From NCBI GenBank assembly GCA_963749495.1, contig CAVVMW010000001.1, positions 256,001 to 320,000 of the forward strand: DNA of 64,000 nucleotides, written 5' to 3'. Source of the stretch: an uncultured bacterium (GTDB taxonomy: Bacteria > Verrucomicrobiota > Verrucomicrobiia > Limisphaerales > UBA8199). The number at the start of each line of letters is the position of its first letter. The first letter of the stretch is position 1. Position numbers and translations under genes: made by a program. Below the pieces are notes generated by a model. It worked only from the letters and a program-made list of their open reading frames with translations. It was not told the origin of the DNA and ran no database searches. Positions 58,003-64,000 of the stretch are shown here, one piece after another.

Positions 58003-59524
58003 CAGACGGGTAGCGGCATAACCGCGCTGGCGCCGCGCCAGCCCATTTTGCCTGCGCCCTACGCCATCATGGCCAACACGGCCAGCAACCTGTTGGGGGT
58101 TCTGCCTGCCGCCCAATTGAGCGGAACAGTCCCGCTGGCGCACTTGAGCGGCCTCACCGGCAGCCAATTTGATGCGGCAACGTGGCAGATGGCCACCAAC
58201 CTGAACGGCGGCTATGCGGCCCTGGCCAGCAACGTGGTCAGCGGTATCAGCAATCAGTGGCGTCTGGACGCAGCCAATGCAGCCTCGGCCGCGACAAACG
58301 GCTATGCCGCCACCGTCACGAATATCGCAAATTCCTACCGCTCGGATTCGTTCACAATCATGCAGTTGCCAGACGAGCAGGCGGTTGATGAGGACCCCAG
58401 TACTGGCCGATGTTCACCAATACTGTGCAATGGATATTGAGCCAGCAAGCCACACAAAATGTGCAGGTACTGCTGGTCCCGGGAGATTTGGTTGATGATC
58501 CCAATGTCTACGTTGGTTATTATCCCTTGTTGACGAACCAATACCAGCTGCTTCGCAACGTCGGTATTTCTGTCGTGGTCATTCCAGGAAATCACGATTT
58601 ATATGTGGAAGGTGGTATCGCTAATGGCTGGTCTGGCACCAATTATGAAATTGGTGCGGCATGGCGAAACGCGGACCCGCACTTCACCGCTGGCATGAAT
58701 GCCACCGCGTCGGGTGGGACGACAAATTCCAGCGGCAATTATCTCTACACCTATGTGCTCAATGGTGTTAAGGTGGCTGTTCTGGCTCTGGAATGGCACC
58801 CATCCGACGCAATTCTGAACTGGGCGGATTCCGTAGTCACCGATTATCCCGATTACAGCATCATCTTGGAAACGCACGGTTTCCTGAGCAATGTTCCTGC
58901 GCTATCCGAAGAATCTCGGGCGGTCGAGATTTGGAATCACGCCTCATGCTGGCCTAATCTCGTGCAGGTGGTTTGCGGTCATTGGGGCGCCGACGGGCAG
59001 ACACTTGACAATACCTGGTCGTGGTGGCCTGCGAGCGGCGCGGCAGGCAACCTGGTCAATGGGTTTATGTTCGATCTTCAGAATATTGAACCGCAAGTGA
59101 ATTTCGTTCGTTGTTACCAATGGTGGCCTTCAATCGGGCAAATTCACATGCGCACGTATGAGACGGTCACGAACGCGTGGCTTACGAATAACCACGGTGA
59201 GTTATGGTTTCCGATGAAGTGGGCGCTTGCGCCCGCATTGGGGGGGGGGCAGCCTTGCTGTCCACTCCCTCAACCCTGACCAATGTTGCGGCGGCCAAAG
59301 TAGCCAGTTGCGCAACTAATACCGCCAGTATTGGCCAAACCGGATGGACTAATGACTTTGGGGTCAACGCAGTGGTTTATGTGACAGCCACGGCGGCTAC
59401 TTTGAGCGATGCGAATGGCAACAATCTTATGACGTTCGGCGCCATCACGACGATGCCGGTCGAGATGCACCCGAACTGGCGGCTCACCGGAACCTCCATG
59501 AGCGGGACGGCGATTGCGCAATGA
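58003..59524 (+). pseudogene. 5'-truncated, frameshifted secreted protein with calcineurin-like metallophosphoesterase domain
   Basis: LAPRQP..P.PYA module without its N-terminus; FTI..LPD.Q, GDLVD, PGNHD, TH, CGH motifs; frameshifts ~58405 and at the G-run ~59245. Confidence 0.7.
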
Positions 59525-59575
59525 ACGTGGAAAACGCAATGGGCCGGAGATTCCGGCGAGTCTGAACGACCGTAA

Positions 59576-59833
59576 AGGTAAAGGGGTCGGAATTCTGATT
59601 CTTGCCCATATCTCTGTCAACGCAGCCTCTCCGTATGCTTGTTGCAACCGCTCCTTGAGCCGCTCCAGTCCGACGTCCACCCCGCTGTTGGCCCGCCCGA
59701 TGGCTTGCGCCACCCGCGATTCGTCCCCCATCTCTAGCCGCTCGCTCGCCCAACGCCGCCGCACTGTCGTGTGCTGGCACAACCACGACGCCAACACCTG
59801 CTTCTCCGGCGCTCCTTTAGTGGTCATGAACAC
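59576..59833 (-). mobile_element. C-terminal fragment of RAYT-type transposase
   Basis: KGAPEKQVLA.WL...TTV...W.SERL.MG HTH-like tail followed by a GACCCCTTT downstream motif. Confidence 0.55.
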
Positions 59834-59837
59834 CTTA

Positions 59838-60100
59838 CTATTCCACCGTCAGTCCCACCGTGAACGGACAAGTCATGGTTTCTGTGGAGACGTAGCTGAT
59901 GCTGTCGAGCTTGACGTCCGGTTGTGGGTTGTCAAAGGCCGTCTTGTAGAGCACGAGGGACCGATCGGGCGCCCACTTTTCAATCAGAGGATTGGTGCCC
60001 GTCCAAGCCCGGTCCGTGCCGGGTGCCAATTGGCAAAACGCCGGATTCAGCCCCGTGGAATAGAGCGGGAACCACCAATCCGCCTCTACGCCGACACCAC
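59838..60100 (-). pseudogene. C-terminal fragment of a verrucomicrobial extracellular domain
   Basis: DWW...AWTG.N...LYK..F.NP.PDV...SI.YVS......PF.VGLTVE; no plausible start. Confidence 0.5.
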
Positions 60101-60210
60101 TTTGTTCTTGCGCGTGCCGCGGTCCCCTCGTATAATCGGCGTCCTGAACAATTGATGATGCACATCCTTCCAAGCCGCAATCCCTCTTGGCTCCAATCAA
60201 AGCATCAGAG

Positions 60211-62706
60211 ATGGGAGCCACCGTGACTCATGCCAAGACCGCCGCCCGCGCGGCGCTCTTGTGGGTCTTCGCAGCGCTGGCACTGATTTTGGGCACGATG
60301 ATGGATGCCCCGTGGGACAGGGTCATCGCAGGGACGCCGGGCATGGCCCTCACTTATCAGGGCCGGCTTGATTATAACGGCAGCCCGGCCAGCGGGACCT
60401 ACGATTTCCGGTTCACCCTCTACGACGCCGCCACTCAGGGCATGGTGGTCGCCGGGCCGTTGACCAACTCCGATGTCCAGGTCTCCAACGGCCTGTTCTG
60501 TGTGACGCTCGACTTCGGGTCCGTCTTCGACGGCAACACCCGGTGGCTGCAAACCGATGTGTGCAGTTCTGGGCTGGGCGCCTTCAACAGCCTGGCCCCG
60601 CGCCAGGCGATTAGCCCTGTTCCTTACGCCTTCGCAGCCGGCACCGCGGCCGGCCTGGCGGGCACGTTGCCGGCCGCGCAATTGACCGGGACGGTCGGTC
60701 TGACGCAACTGCCTGGCTGCCTTCTGACCAACGGCCAGGCCGGCATCAGCCTTACCGGCGCCTTCACAGGCAATGCCGCCGGCTTGACCAATTTGAACGC
60801 CGGCGCCTTGGCGAGCGGCACGCTCCCCCTGGCCCGGTTGCCGGACCTGGGCTTTGCCGTGCCGCAGATGTTCGGGGCTGTGGGCGACGGGGTCACCGAC
60901 AACACGGCGGCGCTCCAGGCCTGCATCAATTACTGCATCGCCAACCACACGGCCATGCAGTTGCTGGCGGGCAGCCCGTGTTACCAGATCTCAGATTGGC
61001 TCCACGTGAACGGCGCGCTGACGGTGCGCGGGCCGGGCGAGGGCATTCACTTCCCGGACGTTGATCCGCCAGCCCGGGCTCACATCCGCCAAGGCGCGCC
61101 GGGCGCGGGCGGCTTCCTCATCTCCGCCAGCAGGCCCGGCAATGTGCCGCCGCCGAACTGCGTCCACTTCGAGAACGTCTATGTCTCCGCAGACCCCTGG
61201 AACACGAACGCGGCCTTTGCCTTCGACGGGACCGCGGCGGACACGGACCAGCCCAGGATCATCAGTTGCGGCGCGTCCAACTTCATGTTCGGAGTCGTGA
61301 ACGCCACCGCGACCGCGCTGCTCATTGAGTCCAGCGACTTTGACCGAGTGGGTTACGGCTACTACCAGGGCCCGGGCATCTGGGGTTATACGACCAACCA
61401 TGCCACAGTTGCGAACGTCAACAAAATTTCCTGCACGGCGCTGGGCGGATTCACGAATTGTGTCCTGTGCCTCCACGGCTGGCTGACCCTCGACAATTGC
61501 GACATCGGCGGCTGGCCGACCGGCCCCGTGATCTACGCCTACAACTGCAGCCTCACCCTGGACCACGTCAACATTGAGAACGCCGGCCCCTCGCCCTGCA
61601 TCGCAGCGAACGAGGCGAGTGTGGACATCTACGGCGGCCAGATCCAGGAGCTGGGCGCTGTGGGCCCAAACACCTACGGGTTGGTTCTGACGAACGGCAC
61701 AGCCTGGCTTACCGGCGTCGGCTATCTCAACGCCAACTCGGACGGTTTCGCCATCCTGGAGAATAACTATTGCAGCTACGTGTTTTCTGCCGTGCCGTTC
61801 AGGGAACGCATTTGGGACGGCGGCGCACTCTGGACCAACTTCACCGGGCTCTTCGTCAGCGCGCGGGGCTGGCCATCGGCGGGAGCGGCCGGCGGTCCCT
61901 TAAGGGGCGTGTATGGGACCGCGCCAACCCTCATCTTCCGCCAGGGCATGGGCGGCCTAAACCAATCCGGCATCTTCGCGCCCGTCGGGATGGAGAGCTA
62001 CGGCGGCGGCGGGGGGGCCGTCTTCGTGGACCTGCTCCAGTATCAGAAAGACCAGGCGCGCGGCCTGGCCGCTACCTATGCCGCGGCCGCCGGCAGCGTC
62101 ACCAACGGCGGCAACGGGAGCTTCACCGGCGCCTTTGCCGGCAGCGGGGCGGGCTTGACCAACCTGCCCGCGTTGCCCAGCGAGCTGTTCGCCTGCTCCC
62201 ACACCCCTGCCGGGATCACCAACTCGGCGCAGCCCAGGACAGTCTATAGCGTGACCATCCCCGGCAACGCCCTGGGCAGGAACGGGACCTTGCGCGCCTC
62301 CTGCCTGCTCTCGGCCAATGGCTCGGCAGGCGTCGAGGTGCGCTACTACTACGGCAATATCTATGGCAATACCCTTATGGCCTGTTTCACCGGGTCCTCG
62401 GGCTACAGGTCGCTGTTTGGCGTCAGAGAGATAGCCAACCGGAACGCCCCGGATTCACAAATCAGTCTGCCCACCGGCTCGCCGGCGGTCTATGGCAGCA
62501 GCCCGGTCGCGCCGGCGGCCTGCCAGGCCTTCGACACCTCCAAGGACTTCACCTTCAGCATCGCCTTGTTCCCGTCGGGCAGCACCGGGACCAACACGCT
62601 CGAAGACGGTGGATGTCGAACTGCTGCACCACGATTAGACAACTGGAAATCAAGCTCGATTTTCGGCGGCGGGTCTGCCAGGGTGCTTCCCGACACCGCC
62701 CCCTGA
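60211..62706 (+). CDS. Secreted protein with TYQGRL N-terminal module and pectate-lyase/tailspike-like beta-helix
   Basis: Signal peptide, LTYQGRL..NG.PA.G.YDF.F.LYDA, LAPRQ...VPYA, FGAVGDGVTDNTAALQ; true end may be 62638 via a one-base shift. Confidence 0.8.
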   Translation: MGATVTHAKTAARAALLWVFAALALILGTMMDAPWDRVIAGTPGMALTYQGRLDYNGSPASGTYDFRFTLYDAATQGMVVAGPLTNSDVQVSNGLFCVTLDFGSVFDGNTRWLQTDVCSSGLGAFNSLAPRQAISPVPYAFAAGTAAGLAGTLPAAQLTGTVGLTQLPGCLLTNGQAGISLTGAFTGNAAGLTNLNAGALASGTLPLARLPDLGFAVPQMFGAVGDGVTDNTAALQACINYCIANHTAMQLLAGSPCYQISDWLHVNGALTVRGPGEGIHFPDVDPPARAHIRQGAPGAGGFLISASRPGNVPPPNCVHFENVYVSADPWNTNAAFAFDGTAADTDQPRIISCGASNFMFGVVNATATALLIESSDFDRVGYGYYQGPGIWGYTTNHATVANVNKISCTALGGFTNCVLCLHGWLTLDNCDIGGWPTGPVIYAYNCSLTLDHVNIENAGPSPCIAANEASVDIYGGQIQELGAVGPNTYGLVLTNGTAWLTGVGYLNANSDGFAILENNYCSYVFSAVPFRERIWDGGALWTNFTGLFVSARGWPSAGAAGGPLRGVYGTAPTLIFRQGMGGLNQSGIFAPVGMESYGGGGGAVFVDLLQYQKDQARGLAATYAAAAGSVTNGGNGSFTGAFAGSGAGLTNLPALPSELFACSHTPAGITNSAQPRTVYSVTIPGNALGRNGTLRASCLLSANGSAGVEVRYYYGNIYGNTLMACFTGSSGYRSLFGVREIANRNAPDSQISLPTGSPAVYGSSPVAPAACQAFDTSKDFTFSIALFPSGSTGTNTLEDGGCRTAAPRLDNWKSSSIFGGGSARVLPDTAP

Positions 62707-62870
62707 AAAGGTGAAAAGCCATAACATGGTGCGTTGTTGTTCATAACCCGAGGAGGCATCGTGGCCGCCCACGCACAGTCGGCCTCAATGCCGCTTGCAA
62801 GCGGATGTTCTCGCTTCTGAGGGGGCAAGTCAAGATAAATGGACCATGTTGTGGGCTGCCCCCTTTCATT

Positions 62871-63040
62871 CGGGAGCGGTGGTACTGTCAGGCTGGGCCC
62901 GCCTCGGCGTCTCGCGCCAGGAGCCAGAGCAGATCGGAAAGCCGGTTCAGGTAAATGACGAGCTGGGGATTCTGAAGCTGGCCGGCCTGTTGGAGGGCGC
63001 GGACCCGCCGCTGGGCGCGGCGGCAGACCGCGCGGGCCAG
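62871..63040 (-). pseudogene. Duplicated 3' end of the cobalamin adenosyltransferase gene
   Basis: 170 bp near-identical direct repeat of 63695-63864. Confidence 0.9.
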
Positions 63041-63280
63041 AAAGGAAAGGGAAGGGGCTCGATGGAGTCGTCTCGGTGTCGGGCACTCCAATCCCTTTGC
63101 TGCGGAGCACCTGCGGGGCTTCCTGGCGGAGCGCTGGCGAAGCATAAAATCCGTGAGTCGAAGCGTGGATTTGGCAACATTGAGCTGATTGATGGGTTTG
63201 GCGACCGGATATATTGACCCCGCCCCGAGGGTTCGCCGCCCGGCTTGACTCCACGGCCTTCGCCGCTACATTGGGGCGTC

Positions 63281-63634
63281 ATGGGACTGACACATATCGA
63301 AGGAACCGTGGCCGGCCCGGCGGGAAAGGAGGCCACGCTAAAATTCCTGGTGGGCAGCGGCGCAACCTACACGGTGCTGCCATACAAGGTCTGGCGCGCC
63401 ATCCGGTTGAAAGGGACGGATACCGTGACATGCACCCTGGCGGACGGGACTGAGGTGAAACGGAAGGTCTCCGACTGTTACATCACGCTTCCCCAAGGGA
63501 AGCGGCAGACGCCGGTGATCCTCGGAGAGAAGGATGACGAAGCGCTCCTGGGCATGGTTACCCTCGAGGAATTCCGCCTGATCCTGAACCCCTTCAACCG
63601 GAAGTTGCAGCCGATCCGCATAATGCTCGCGTAG
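63281..63634 (+). CDS. Clan AA (retropepsin-like) aspartic protease family protein, catalytic Asp replaced by Gly
   Basis: FLVGSGATYTVLP (normally VDSGA), TLADG, ALLG.VTLE..L.L.P...L; TTGACT-16-TACATT upstream. Confidence 0.8.
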   Translation: MGLTHIEGTVAGPAGKEATLKFLVGSGATYTVLPYKVWRAIRLKGTDTVTCTLADGTEVKRKVSDCYITLPQGKRQTPVILGEKDDEALLGMVTLEEFRLILNPFNRKLQPIRIMLA

Positions 63635-63656
63635 CAGGCCCAACCGGCCGATGCGA

Positions 63657-63712
63657 TAAGCGGACTAAAGTCCGCGCGCCCGCCCTTGCGCCTTCGGGAC
63701 TGGTGGTACTGT
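63657..63712. repeat. Right REP half TAAGCGGACTAAAGTCCGCGC...GGTGGTACTGT
   Basis: Reverse complement of 57844-57878 with a spacer insertion. Confidence 0.75.
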
Positions 63713-64000
63713 CAGGCTGCGCCCGCCTCGGCGTCTCGCGCCAGGAGCCAGAGCAGATCGGAAAGCCGGTTCAGGTAAATGACGATCTCAGGATTCTGAA
63801 GCTGGCCGGCCTGCTGGAGGGCGCAGACCCGCCGCTCGGCGCGGCGGCAGACCGCGCGGGCCAGGTCGAGGGCCGCCCCGTGGAGGCTGCCGCCCGGCAT
63901 GGCCCAGTCCCCCGGAGAAACACCCGCCGCTTCGAGCGATGCGATGGCCCGTTCGAGACGGGCCGTCCGCTCCGGCTTCACCGCCGGCCGTCCTTCCGCG
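63712..64000 (-). CDS. PduO-type cob(I)alamin adenosyltransferase, 5' part outside window
   Basis: PGGS...AALD.AR.VCRRAER, YLNRLSDLLW.LAR. Confidence 0.9.
   Translation of the reverse strand, partial: AEGRPAVKPERTARLERAIASLEAAGVSPGDWAMPGGSLHGAALDLARAVCRRAERRVCALQQAGQLQNPEIVIYLNRLSDLLWLLARDAEAGAA

Noticed and set aside
60211..62706. Prophage tail gene
   Set aside because: Has a signal peptide and a host-type N-terminal module, with no other phage genes nearby.

Overview
GC-rich bacterial chromosomal window, most likely Verrucomicrobiota subdivision 3 (Pedosphaera/Limisphaerales-like). This is inferred from a PEP-CTERM protein, a prepilin/H-X9-DG protein, FTYQGRL-type secreted proteins and the dcw gene order. 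Left to right: (1) an unusual type II FAS/PKS-like lipid cluster (B12 radical SAM, FAD oxidoreductases, acyl-CoA ligase, GT2, KS pair, FabG, ACP) ending at tRNA-Glu; (2) surface-protein genes and two tandem membrane/spermidine-synthase-like paralogs with heptamer repeats inside the coding sequence; (3) a polyol/sugar-phosphate catabolic cluster; (4) an uncharacterised MotA/MotB-like gene pair whose B subunit carries a long coiled coil and a trypsin-like domain; (5) secreted proteins and a decayed defence islet (Mrr with one nonsense codon, TA remnant, RAYT fragment); (6) the dcw cluster mraZ to ftsZ, which specifically lacks murC, murD (decayed remnant still visible) and murE but keeps murB, murF, ddl, mraY and murG; (7) a 6 x 211 bp REP-like tandem array, queA and a RibD-like gene; (8) a 5.8 kb accessory segment bracketed by inverted REP halves. 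Several single-base frameshifts at G/C runs look like sequencing errors. All calls come from motif recognition by eye; no searches were run.
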